A stretch of 63,087 bases of DNA, the filler included, from Collodictyon triciliatum (Eukaryota): assembly GCA_043381765.1 (NCBI GenBank). It is 47 parts of 47 records of this genome, joined end to end, with 100 filler letters (N's around TTAATTAATTAA, not from the genome) between each part and the next. Parts side by side here need not be neighbours in the genome. Positions count along the whole stretch, not along the records: positions 12,146 to 13,393 come from JBHJMP010011703.1; positions 13,494 to 14,741 come from JBHJMP010011704.1; positions 14,842 to 16,089 come from JBHJMP010011705.1; positions 16,190 to 17,436 come from JBHJMP010011706.1; positions 17,537 to 18,783 come from JBHJMP010011707.1; positions 18,884 to 20,130 come from JBHJMP010011708.1; positions 20,231 to 21,477 come from JBHJMP010011709.1; positions 21,578 to 22,833 come from JBHJMP010011710.1; 39 more parts are not named here. One strand, written 5' to 3'. A model generated the notes under the pieces. It made no database searches. It was not told the DNA's origin and worked only from the letters and a program-made list of their open reading frames with translations. The translations under genes were made by a program, and so were the position numbers. The first letter of the stretch is position 1. Each line of letters starts with the position of its first letter. Of this stretch, positions 12,046-24,179 are shown piece by piece.

Positions 12046-12593
12046 NNNNNNNNNNNNNNNNNNNNNNNNNNNNNNNNNNNNNNNNNNNNTTAATTAATTA
12101 ANNNNNNNNNNNNNNNNNNNNNNNNNNNNNNNNNNNNNNNNNNNNTTCTTTTTTCTTTTTCTTTCTTTTCTTCTTTCTTTTTTCATTTTTCTTCTTTCTT
12201 TTCTTTTCTTTTCTTTTTCTTTCTTTTCTTTTTCTTTCTTTTCTTTTTCTTTCTTTTCTTTTTCTTTCTTTTCTTTTTCTTTCTTTTCTTCTTCTTTCTT
12301 TTCTTTTTTTCTTTTTTCTTTCTTTCCTTTTGAAGAAACTGTATATCTTCTATTCTTGGTCAACCCTAAAAGAAACTTAATTCGCTTCATTGTCCAACGT
12401 ATCACGATTCGCGTCGTCCGCGATCAAATAAATAAATCAATAAAAGATTATCGTAATGCCACCAACTTAAATATGTTTTTTCTCTTCATATGAGCAGACA
12501 AAACTGTCTCACTATCACTATTTCTCTTTGTCTCTTTGTCTCTCTCTTTGATCAGGTCTCTGCACCCACCACAAACCGCCTCCAACAGCGCCC

Positions 12594-13393
12594 ATGAAAG
12601 GAGTCCACTACTTTGTCAGCCACCTTGGAGGCTTGAGGCCGGATAAATGTATAGATTACCCTTTCTTTTTGGTGACTGGCATGGCCTCTCTTGACTTCTC
12701 CTGTCGTAGTTTACTATCACACACGCTCACCTCATCTGATTCATATCTGCGGGTTGCATTACACACCACAGCAAAAAAGCGCGCAAGACGAAGAAGGAAG
12801 GCTACTTTCGGACAGCCTTTGGGCAAAGTCATCGAGCACCAAGAGAAAAAGAAAGCGTCTCTGAAGGTTCCAGCCATAGTCGAAATCCTTTTGGATTACA
12901 TTATAAATAATGGTACAATCTTACTATCGATTGCTGTATATATCAGTATCATTTGTATGTCTGTATTTACATATGCAGAAGTTGCATGGTTATCTTGTTT
13001 TTTTTTAAAAAAAATTTTTGTAAATTACTGCTAAATATCTTATTTTCCGCCCCTTTATTTTATCATCCCTGCTCGCTCTAACATAAAAAAAAATTCAAGT
13101 AAGCCTATAAACTCAATTTTATTTATTAAATTTAGGCATCGAAACAGAAGGCATATTCCGTATATCAGGCAGTGTCGATGAAGTCAACAACATGATTCGC
13201 TTGTTTTCAAAAAAGAGTATGTCATCATACTTTGGCCAATCTGGTCTTTGTCTTCTCTAATTGGATGTTATTTTGATATTGATGCTATATGCACTTTAGA
13301 AATCAAAAACAGTGGGGATATCCGTGCAGACGAAATCTATAACGCGACCAGTCTATTGAAGGACTACATTCGCTCCGTCCCAGACGAGCTTAT
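12594..13393 (+). CDS. RhoGAP domain protein, partial, multi-exon
   Basis: TFGQPLGKV...KVPAIVEILLDYI / GIETEGIFRISGS (arginine finger) / ATSLLKDYIRSVPDEL. Confidence 0.88.
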
Positions 13394-13512
13394 NNNNNNN
13401 NNNNNNNNNNNNNNNNNNNNNNNNNNNNNNNNNNNNNTTAATTAATTAANNNNNNNNNNNNNNNNNNNNNNNNNNNNNNNNNNNNNNNNNNNNGTGAAAT
13501 AGTTTTTTTTTT

Positions 13513-13547
<35 letters not shown>

Positions 13548-13555
13548 TAATTTAG

Positions 13556-13954
13556 GTATTGGGAAGTCAGCTCCGAAACAGGTTTTTATTCTCTGTTGGC
13601 TCATAAGTATGCGTTCTGGGCAAAATTTAACATAAGGATGTTGATTAAATATCATGCAGGATTGAATGTAAGAGAGCTATTCCACCGAATAGCTGCAGTA
13701 TTATTTCAGTCTTCTTTGAAGAAAGTTTTGTCTGGGTGTGTTCCAACATCGGTCGACCTTGCAAGATTCAGCCGTAAGGAATACTATTTTCGCGAATTTA
13801 TATTTCAAACTCTTTTAATTGTGTGTGACATTATCAACCGTCTGTCAATTCTACTCAGCATCTAACATATAGTACGAACATATCCTAATCTCTACAACTA
13901 GCGAGAATAAACGAAGTGCCTTGCAAAGCATCAGGAGCGTGCTGCTGGAAATAA
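13556..13954 (+). CDS. Rab GTPase 3' exons, Rab34/36-like
   Basis: YWEVSSET|GLNVRELFHRIAAVLF resembles the Rab34 G5 region (YWAVSSLTGENVREFFFRVAA); last exon ends GACCWK* (CCXX prenylation). Confidence 0.7.
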
Positions 13955-14219
13955 TAGCACACACATTTTGAAAATTATTCAAAATCAGATATCCACCTAG
14001 AAATTGCATATCTCCACTGCATCCCGCGACATTATACATAAATTTCTTTTAAAAATGAGCATTCATAATAATTCACTAAGACGCAGCAACTACATCGGAC
14101 TGTAGAAAAATAAAAAACCCTTCCCTTTAATTTAATCAAGAGAAAAAGGAATCATAATAATGAATAGCTTTATATGTTTTTACTTATTTTGATTGGTAGG
14201 TTGATTAATTGATTGATTG

Positions 14220-14291
<72 letters not shown>

Positions 14292-14661
14292 ACTCTATTT
14301 AATTTGCAAGTTAATTTTTATCAGGAGATTGAGCGTTTTAATTTTATGGAGCTTCGGCTTTTAACTGGGTGAGTCGATGTCACCTATTCTATATGAAGTA
14401 TATTTCAAATTTAGATACTACCCACACAGCACCGATTTAAGGGAAGCGGGGAATGGTTTAATATTTCTACTCACAACAACCATTTACAAATACCTTCTTT
14501 TCTCTTCCTCTTCCTCTCCATCATCATCTTTCTCTCATCTCTACACAATACCTCGATGGCACGTCTGCCATCACTTTCTCTTCTTGCCTCGGAATACTTG
14601 CTTGGTACTTTGAAACGAAGATTGTTGGCACTGGCGCCAACAGCAAAGTCTGTCGTGAATA

Positions 14662-14703
<42 letters not shown>

Positions 14704-15051
14704 AAAAAAACCAAAAAAAACCAAAAAAAAAAAAAAAAAAANNNNNNNNNNNNNNNNNNNNNNNNNNNNNNNNNNNNNNNNNNNNTTAATTAATTAANNN
14801 NNNNNNNNNNNNNNNNNNNNNNNNNNNNNNNNNNNNNNNNNGTATGTATGTATGTATGTATGTATGTATGTATGTATGTATGTATGTATGTATGTATGTA
14901 TGTATGTATGTATGTATGTATGTATGTATGTATGTATGTATGTATATATTTTAAATAATCTCGCTTGAAAACACAACTGAACATACCTGCATTTTTTTTT
15001 CATGTCTTCTGAATAAGGGAAATATAAATTATGAGTAAATTTCAAATACAG

Positions 15052-15251
15052 ATTTCCTTAAGGACCCATCGTCCATTTCTTGTCGCCATGACGATAATCT
15101 TGTCATCGCTGTTGAAAAGAAAGAATGGAGCAAATATTATTGCGAAAAATGTCGGAAATCTGTGAATGGACCTCACGAATGGGAAATCCATCTGAAATCA
15201 AAATCTCATCGAAAGAGAAAGCATCCTTCGTCTAAAACTCAACCCAAATAA
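15052..15251 (+). CDS. Last exon with matrin/U1-type C2H2 Zn finger, tRNA dimethylallyltransferase (TRIT1/MOD5)-like
   Basis: EWSKYYCEKCRKSVNGPHEWEIHLKSKSHRKRK...* after a CAG acceptor. Confidence 0.65.
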
Positions 15252-15496
15252 ATCCTAAATCAAATTTGAAGGGTATTCACACGACGGAAGTAACATAAAA
15301 ATATGACAGGAAAATGAATATTTCATTCACCTTAAGCAACTATATCAGATTTATAAAAGCGTTACGAGAGAGTGTGCTGTGACATATACGACAGTTGCAC
15401 CCTTTAAAGGACTCTATGGATAAACACAGTACATTTTTCGAATATGTGGACTTGATGTCGATAAATATGATGTCCTTTCTTCACTAACATTATTTC

Positions 15497-16089
15497 TGTG
15501 TACCAAGGCTGCCCACTTGCATCACTGCCCTTCAACTTTGTCGCTGAATGCCTTGCAAACCACTTCCGAAACGAAAACAAGGCGCGCAACCAACTGCTAC
15601 TTCAATATGCAGACGACACAGCATTCATCTTGCGGTCTCCCGAAGGCACCACACTCGCCAACAAATGCATACAACAATACACACGAGCTGTCGGCGGGAA
15701 AATCAACTGTGACAAGACAGACGGAATTCTTTTTGGGTTTCAGGATGGACTGATGTTTCCAGGAAACATTGTGTGTAAGTCACCGTCACATCCACCCAAG
15801 TATCTTGGTATCATATTCGGTCCACAATCGGATAGCAAATGGACAAGCCTGGTTGAGGACATCAAGTCGAAAATATCAGTGTGGAGCAACTTTCATCTCC
15901 CGGACGTGGAGAAAGTTAGGTTGTGGAACCAAGTGATGCTGTCGACCCTTATCTACAACATGAAAGGCACTCTGCTGAATCTCCGAGAGGCTGAAGGAGC
16001 TGGAAGACATCTGCCGCAACTTCATCACTACCAATAATCAAGAATATAAAATCAAGACGCTCTCCAAGCCACCTACAGAGGGAGGACTG
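15497..16089 (+). mobile_element. 5'-truncated LINE, reverse transcriptase fragment (frameshifted)
   Basis: YQGCPLASLPFN, LLQYADDT, GGKINCDKT, PKYLGI; after a frameshift, TLSKPPTEGGL. Confidence 0.92.
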
Positions 16090-16189
16090 NNNNNNNNNNN
16101 NNNNNNNNNNNNNNNNNNNNNNNNNNNNNNNNNTTAATTAATTAANNNNNNNNNNNNNNNNNNNNNNNNNNNNNNNNNNNNNNNNNNNN

Positions 16190-17240
16190 TCACGTCAGTC
16201 TGAATGGGTAGTTTGAGGGGATTTATTCCGGGGTTTGGAGATACGCTGCTCTTGGGTCTTGCGATGTACGGGCCTGTCCGGTGTTGGCGGTGGAGGGCTC
16301 GAGTGCGAGGATTCTGAAGAGGAACCGAGATTTCCTTCCATGTCATCGTCGCTGTCGCTGTATGCGCGTATCTGTTGTGAGTCTTGCGGACTCTGTTGTT
16401 TCCTGGCCTTGGCTTTCTTGACCTCGTTGCTGCTTGTCTGCTTGGCAGGTGTATTCTTTTGCGGGGCTTTTACTTGTCGTTCGTTGTTCGCGGCTGACGG
16501 ATGGTCTTTGAGGATGCGCTTTGGACACTTTTTGCCCATGACCGTAAACTTTGCAGGGAGCTGGATCTTTTGACAAAGAAGATTCACCACGGCCGTGTCT
16601 GTGAAGAAGCCTTTGTCCTTTTTGATCTCCACTTGGGTCGGTCTGAAAGGCTTCAGATCCTCACGAAGGAGTTGCGGCCACACGTCCAGCGGTAGTTGGT
16701 AGATCATCACCGAGGTCTCTGTTGGTTTACTTCTGCTGAAGCTGATCGTAGTATCGATCAAACCTGCTTGCTTCAGCTCTAGAAGCTTTCGGGCGTTTTC
16801 TGCAGTGCGGAAGGCGATCAGGCAAAGGCCTTCGCTGTCCGGTAAGCGCAATTCGATGGACTCTTCCCAAAGTTTGTTCGCTTTCAAGAAGGAGGCGAGC
16901 GCATCTGTGAGCCTGCGGGCTTTGTTCTTGTTGTAGACTTCTTGCTCGACCCCGTGCAAAAATACTGTCCGATCAGACAAACTTGCAGGCGGCTTCCTTG
17001 CACGGGTCTTCCTGGACTTACGTACCACTCGGGTGTTTCTCTGCACCAGCGTCGGAAGCAGAGGAGCTGAAGGAACTGGATGCAACTCGCAAAGCCTTCG
17101 ACGTATCGTGGTTTGTTTTTTCCACCAGGCGCGGGCTAATCAATGATAAATGCGCCGTAATATGTGGTGTGGGGTTGGCCCAAAATGATTTTAAGTGTAA
17201 GATTTAATCTTCTGCATCATATGTCACAGGGCTGGCTGGC
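16190..17240 (-). mobile_element. LINE 5' region: ORF1 with tandem RRM-like domains (ORF 16195-17085)
   Basis: RTVFLHGV, LCLIAFRTAENARKLL and TSVMIYQLPLDV..LLREDLKPF resemble LINE ORF1 RRMs, followed by a low-complexity tail; intronless and GC-richer than host. Confidence 0.7.
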
Positions 17241-18465
17241 TTCAGATACATCCCATCTTATCGCTGTAGTTTTTAGAATGGTGTTGAAAGCTTGGGACAT
17301 GTAACTTCAGACATAAAAAATATAATCAACAGGAGAGACAGACAAGGAAGTGTAGTCTGTTAAACATGAAAGTAGATGGTTTGCGATTCCTTTCGAAACA
17401 ACATGGACGCAAGTCCGCAAACACACCAACATCAACNNNNNNNNNNNNNNNNNNNNNNNNNNNNNNNNNNNNNNNNNNNNTTAATTAATTAANNNNNNNN
17501 NNNNNNNNNNNNNNNNNNNNNNNNNNNNNNNNNNNNTTGGTGGGTTCGAGAGTAAGGTTTTTGTTTTTTGTTTGTTTTGGGCTCTTTTTTTTTTTTTTTC
17601 CTTTCCCCCCCCCCCCCCCCCCCCCTCTCCTCCCTATGCACGCACACACACGCCTTTTTTTTTTCTGCACGTGATACAATATTTGCTCATCAAATCATAT
17701 ACTAATTAAAATAAAAAAAAAATAGATTTTGGACAGTCAGTTCAATCTTCAGTATGTTTTTGCCAAGGGTGCGGCGATGAAAACCCCCACCTGGGTCAAG
17801 AAAGGAATGTTCGAACCATGATTTGTGGGCCAGCTTTATGCCTTTTCTCTCCACTTCTTTACGCCAGGTGGCTTCTTTGGACACCTTCGTTCTTACTCCC
17901 ACCAATTAAAACCAAGAGATAAGTGCATGTTTATCTATTAAGATTCGCTTCCTGAAAGTGGCCCTTGGGAGTTGGATACCGAGGGGGAGCGGCCTTTTGT
18001 TGATGTATATTCCTAGTATATGTGATGGTATGTCACTTCATGAAAATGTAAAAAAGAATAAAAGGAAGATATGGTGGTGTGATGACAGACACTTGGTGAC
18101 TTTGACAGCAGAGTTGAACAACGACACTCAGTGATGTGCAGAACACCAGTTCGTTTTTAAAATAATACTTTTACCCATATAGTAAGATAAAAAAAAAAAA
18201 CTCCATGGGATGTCTTTGTGGATTGACATACCCTTTTTAAGTTTTCCAACTCTCGTGCTAGCTTCTGAAACTCGTTCTCACGCCACATAAGCTTCGTCTT
18301 TAACTCATCAACCTCGATTCTCCTGTTTTCTTGTTGAAGGTCCATCTCTGCCGTTATTCGCTGGAGCTTATCTTTGAGTATTCTAATAGGTATTAATGAG
18401 TTAATCAGTGAATGGTATGCAGGATATGTCCAATCAAAAAGAAGGAACCAAAAAAAAAAAGTGGA

Positions 18466-18542
18466 GAAAGCTCTTTCAAAGCATTTTTTTATTATTCTTC
18501 CTTTCAATTTTGTGCAGGATGGTGAAAGCTCTTTCAAAGCAT
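18466..18542 (-). mobile_element. Ultra-truncated LINE family B 3' end (39 nt) with perfect 19-bp TSD
   Basis: GAAAGCTCTTTCAAAGCAT at 18466-18484 and 18524-18542 flanks the revcomp of ACCATCCTGCACAAAATTGAAAGGAAGAATAATAAAAAA. Confidence 0.9.
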
Positions 18543-18688
18543 ATGCAAAGAATACATAGATATTTAAAAAAATATACTTGGTTTCGCGTTCGTGCATTTG
18601 GTGCTTCTCGGTCACTTTGGCCTGGAGCTCGCCCTGGCACAGGAGTGTACATCGTTAGTTGGTGTTGTTGGTGTTGTTGTTTTGCTTT

Positions 18689-18783
<95 letters not shown>

Positions 18784-18949
18784 NNNNNNNNNNNNNNNNN
18801 NNNNNNNNNNNNNNNNNNNNNNNNNNNTTAATTAATTAANNNNNNNNNNNNNNNNNNNNNNNNNNNNNNNNNNNNNNNNNNNNAAAAAAAAAAAAAAAAA
18901 AAAAAAAAGCCAATCTCACAGCCTACCATTCTGTAGCAAACCTTTTTGG

Positions 18950-20071
18950 AGGGAGAAAAATATGAATGGCTCATTCTTTAGTGATAAATCACCTGTCATT
19001 TATACCCTAGACGACACAAAACCTGTATTATTGGTTTCGTTCCGTTCTACTTCACCCTTCCTTTTTTGTATTTCTTTTCATATGCATTTATTTCTTCCCT
19101 CTTATTATAATAAGTCTTGAGTTACATCGATCGAATCTCTCAATCAAAATGTATTTATGACATACTGAAATAACGCAGATATTCTAATTATTACAATCTT
19201 TTCAAAGGACGGTTCACATCCCGGAATCATGGGGTTTATTCTATCAAAAAATGCAAGACGTTTGTATGTTGCTTCGTTACTATTCCGAGTTATTATCATT
19301 TTTAAAAAGAAAATATTGCAAAGTATTAAGGAGACAAATTTGCCTCTATGCACTTTCGTCGACTTCATACAGCTCATTTCCTTTTAATTTTATCTATTTG
19401 ATCAACAAACAAATCACACAGATCTGCAAATACCCCAGAAGAGAGGCAAAAGGCGGTTACAGAGCAATACGCAAGAGTTTTCGGAACAGATGTGTGCCAT
19501 ATCACATATTATTCATGTTCCATTATAAACTATAAAGCATTTGTATCTAACGTTTTCCCTTGCCAAAAATTCAGGAGGCATTACGACCATTAAAATACAT
19601 AGAAAAGGATTGGATGGCAGAGGAGTACAGCGGAGGTCGATTTGATTGCATCATCTATATTCATATCCTGTTAATTTACATTTATTTGATTGGCCTCTAT
19701 ATGCTCCAGAAAAAATGACTATGTTCATCTCGCTTTATTTTTCCCTTTCATTTTTTTTTTTTTTTGTCAATCAACCACAAAAACAATAAGAATCCGCAAT
19801 TTTGTCGCAAATTTCATTATTGTACTCTTCTTGGCTTCAAAATAGGGTGTTATGTCGGAATTATGCCTCCTCGCTTCCTAACTGAGTTGTAAGATACAGC
19901 TTTCATAACGCCCGATTACATCTCCGCACGAATTTACCAAGCAGGTTCTTTCACATGGTTATACGTTCATGTTCAAACTAATATGACGTGTTTATACAGT
20001 GGCCCATACTTGAGAACACACCACGGGTTAATCCATTTTGCTGGCACGGAAACAGCCACCTTTTGGTCCGG
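18950..20071 (+). CDS. Flavin-containing monoamine oxidase-like protein, C-terminal exons
   Basis: PVIYTLDDTKP|DGSHPGIMGFI, YIEKDWMAEEYSG|GCYVGIMPP, IHFAGTETATFWSG match MAO motifs. Confidence 0.9.
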
Positions 20072-20230
20072 GTTTGTGGCTCAGAAACGATGTTTCCTTG
20101 GTTTCCTTTTTTTTTTTTTTTTTTTTTTTTNNNNNNNNNNNNNNNNNNNNNNNNNNNNNNNNNNNNNNNNNNNNTTAATTAATTAANNNNNNNNNNNNNN
20201 NNNNNNNNNNNNNNNNNNNNNNNNNNNNNN

Positions 20231-21477
20231 TTAATCCCCCTAACGTTCCACGACAGAACGTTAAAACGCATGAATAATCTACTGGCTTTTGGAGGCCGTA
20301 GCCTCCAGTGATTGGCCCTCTCAGCTGAAGCTGGGTTGCTCAGAGTGGGATGGTTTACTCGAGTTGTCCTTCATTTGGCCAGTGTTATAATTGCTCGCGG
20401 TTCGGCCAGGATTTGTCGGATGGTCTTGGGCTTTTGACTGCAACCCCTTTTGTAGCTGGTGTGTTGGGAGATGCACTCGGTTGGTCATCGGTACCCTCGG
20501 TTCCAATTTTTCTCCCTCATCCACGCGGTAGACAGGGCCACCCATGTTTCCACTCTCATTCTGATTTGCTTTCTGGCTCGCTATATTCGGTGGTGTACTT
20601 GACTGATTCACTCTCTTTTCTTCGGGCGAGGCTTTATCTTCGACGGTTTCGATAATTTTTGGGTCGCCAGTGTTTGCAGCATGAATAACCGGTGTTTCAT
20701 ATTCATCTACGTTTCTTTTTCTTGCATTGGAAGCCGTTTCTCGCTGGGGAGTCGCAAGAGTTTCGACAGTAGGTCTGCTCCCATAAACAGTACTTGAGGA
20801 GTAATTTGTTGTTCCGAAGCTTCAAGGTGCTCATTTTCTTCTTCAGCAGAACCTTCTATGACGACGACAGGTTGGATGGACTGTTGTTCCTCCAATCCCG
20901 AGTCTGGGACGTCGCTTCTTATGGATTGCGCAGCATTTGCTGAAGAAAGAGTCTCTTGGGTGGTTCCAGGAGTCATGCCCTCTAAGGTAGCTGATGGGTG
21001 TGGTTTGCTGGGTGCCATAATGCTGTTTCCCGATTCTGTTACCGAGTTGGCTTGGGTTTCCCTTTCTTCGGCATCCTCTCCATGGTTTAAAGGTGAGTTT
21101 GGTGAGATATCATCGGCTGGAGGTGGTTGGAAATCTTGGAGGCTAGCGATGTTTCCTCCACTTTGAAGCCATTCCACGATTGATACTGCTTTTTCCATTT
21201 TCACTGGTGAACTTGATGCACTTTCGGGAAAATCGCCTGGTGTTTCGTCCATCATTTCGATATCCGTTTCTTGATTTTGAAGCCGCTCTTGAAACTTTGT
21301 CTTGAATGAGACTTCGAGCACTTCATCCACGGGTGTCTTGTCAGATTTCTCCCTCTGGCATTAGAGGACGATGCGTGTTGCCTTTGGCCTTGTTTGTGGG
21401 CTCTGGGCTTGTTTTGCACAGCCGATTCCTGCACGGTTGGCCAGTCTTTAGCGCTGAAGTCGGCTACTTTTGTGTTG
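20231..21477 (-). mobile_element. LINE fragment: disrupted ORF1 C-terminus plus ORF2 start
   Basis: 20231-20271 revcomp = ATGCGTTTTAACGTTCTGTCGTGGAACGTTAGGGGGATTAA; 20231-~20560 is near-identical to 26972-27300. Confidence 0.88.
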
Positions 21478-22933
21478 NNNNNNNNNNNNNNNNNNNNNNN
21501 NNNNNNNNNNNNNNNNNNNNNTTAATTAATTAANNNNNNNNNNNNNNNNNNNNNNNNNNNNNNNNNNNNNNNNNNNNGAGACAAGACACGAAGCATGGGT
21601 CTCCACATGGTCCAAGAGATTCCGCCGGTCCAACGGCGTGGCAAAAGGGTGTCTAGAAAGATGGAGGAGAAATTCACCTCTTTTCCGATAAGCGCGTTAG
21701 CTCACTTGGAAGGATTGGAGAGATCCATCCGCGAGAAAAAGATTGAGAAGAGAAGACCCAAGTCGACTAAATTTATGTTCAGTGATGAAACATTGCAGAC
21801 AATTCAGATTGAGGCAAGTCACTGTTTTATGATGTTTCTATGTGTGTTTATATATATATATATATATATCTGATGAAAAGACCATTCCAAATTATCCATT
21901 GAACACCGCCTTTTATTGTATACATTTCATGAGGCAAAAATATCAATTTGCATTTTCGTTATACCATACTTCTCTGTGGAAAGCGTCTTTGGTTGACACC
22001 TCAGTTTGGTGATTAAAAATAAATATATATGCACTATTTCTCCACATCTAGATGCTGCCGGGTTATCCGCAACCATTGGGCAGCCCGACTCCACCTTCGA
22101 TCATCTACGACGAAGAAGAGATTCCAACCACAAAGCTCTCTCCAAAAAACGTGACGAAAGTTTCCCCTAGCGTAATGTCATCTTATTTGAACGCAAAGAA
22201 ACCAAGGAGTAAAATTCTAATGACATATTTATGCCTATATTCACGGCCAATATTACATGAAGTGGTACTTTGGCTCCGAAGAAATGCATCAACTTTTTTT
22301 TAAAAAAAAAACCTGGAAGCTTATCATGTATCAATCACCTCAGAAAATTCCTGTTAAGCTTTTCGATGCACCTGAGCCGATAGGAGATATACCCAATCAG
22401 GAGATTGCGGCTACTTCGGGTTTTTTTTCATTTCCGTAAATCCTTCTTTCTGTAGGAGTATTGTCTGTGCACTACCATCAAATTTCTATCTATACTCACA
22501 TTTTTGAAAAAAAAAATAGAGGCGCCAAAGATAACCGATTTTCTTCCCATACAAAATGAGGATGGTGCATGTGAGTTGAAGTTTAAACTAGGCTTTATAT
22601 CCTCTCCTTTTTTTTTATTTGTATTTGAAATTGATTCCTCTTTATATCTTGACCGCCAAGCAATATCTTAATTTGCACAAACTTCGGCGAATATTTTTCA
22701 TGTATTATCATGAATTTCAGGCCAACATTTATGTTGTGAGCTTCCTATGTCTGTGCTAATATCACTGGAGCAGCAGTATGGCATGCGGGATATGAGCTCT
22801 GTAAGGCTGATCTCTTTAACCGCCTTACATAATNNNNNNNNNNNNNNNNNNNNNNNNNNNNNNNNNNNNNNNNNNNNTTAATTAATTAANNNNNNNNNNN
22901 NNNNNNNNNNNNNNNNNNNNNNNNNNNNNNNNN

Positions 22934-23035
<102 letters not shown>

Positions 23036-23156
23036 AACAAAAAAGGAACAAAAAAAAGAAACGAAAGGTTAAACATATTTTTCTTTAAAAGGCAAGATAA
23101 AGGCCTCATTGGTTTTCGAGAAAGAAGATCGGAATAATTAGCTACAACCCATACCG

Positions 23157-23978
23157 ATGAGCACGACCCAGGAAACAGGAGCAACCAATATCCTCAACAA
23201 ATCGATGATTTCTCCACCTAACCCTGACATGCAGCCTTCAAGTTTGAGTCTTGGGGCTGCGAGTTCAAGAAATCAAGTTTCACATGACTTTGGAGGACCA
23301 CCGAGCAAATATGAATTTGGGCCACGGAGGATATATGCTTCGCCTCCAAAGCCTCCATTAAAGACAAGACTTAACTCATACACAGGCCCTGATCATCTTG
23401 CACAGCGCATCGCAAACGCCCAGTATCTAGGGCCAAGTCATGACGTTAAGTATTTCTACACAATGAAATACAGAGGAAGTAATTTCGGTCGTACGCCGTC
23501 GAATTACAAGCCTCCAGAGCAACCAGTCTCTACGAAAGGAATTGATAGAGGAAGACTGACGCACACAATTAATAAAATCATCGGACAAGTGAGTCTAGGA
23601 GAGGCAAAAGCAGCTCGCAAACATTCATGCCCTGCAGATGACGAGACATCATTACACGGCCCCGTAGCTGCTGGCCAACAAACTGAAAGTTGGGAGGGAT
23701 ATGTCCTTAATGAAGGCATTCCCGACCTCTCAGATACATTCGTAATCAAAATGAAAAATCTTTCTCCAGAAATTGGTTCGTGTGAAGCGCGACAATTACC
23801 GGTTATATCACAAACTGCAAATGTCTTTAAAATAGGCAATACAGAAAATATTATCCCGAAAGCCTCTGAATGCTATCCACATAATGTCAAATGCCTTATC
23901 AACCCCTTATTTTGGGATGGGCCAGAAATCCCTTCTACACTAGAAGGTACGGAATCAGTATCACATACCACCCTCTGA
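23157..23978 (+). CDS. Hypothetical protein, low-complexity 273-aa ORF (probably a terminal exon)
   Basis: Long open frame in AT-rich context; no recognisable domain. Confidence 0.45.
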   Translation: MSTTQETGATNILNKSMISPPNPDMQPSSLSLGAASSRNQVSHDFGGPPSKYEFGPRRIYASPPKPPLKTRLNSYTGPDHLAQRIANAQYLGPSHDVKYFYTMKYRGSNFGRTPSNYKPPEQPVSTKGIDRGRLTHTINKIIGQVSLGEAKAARKHSCPADDETSLHGPVAAGQQTESWEGYVLNEGIPDLSDTFVIKMKNLSPEIGSCEARQLPVISQTANVFKIGNTENIIPKASECYPHNVKCLINPLFWDGPEIPSTLEGTESVSHTTL

Positions 23979-24057
23979 ATGCAAGAAATTTAACAGAAAA
24001 CAAAAAGAAACAAAAAGAAACAAAAAAAAACAAAACAAAAAAGAAACAAAAAAGAAA

Positions 24058-24179
<122 letters not shown>

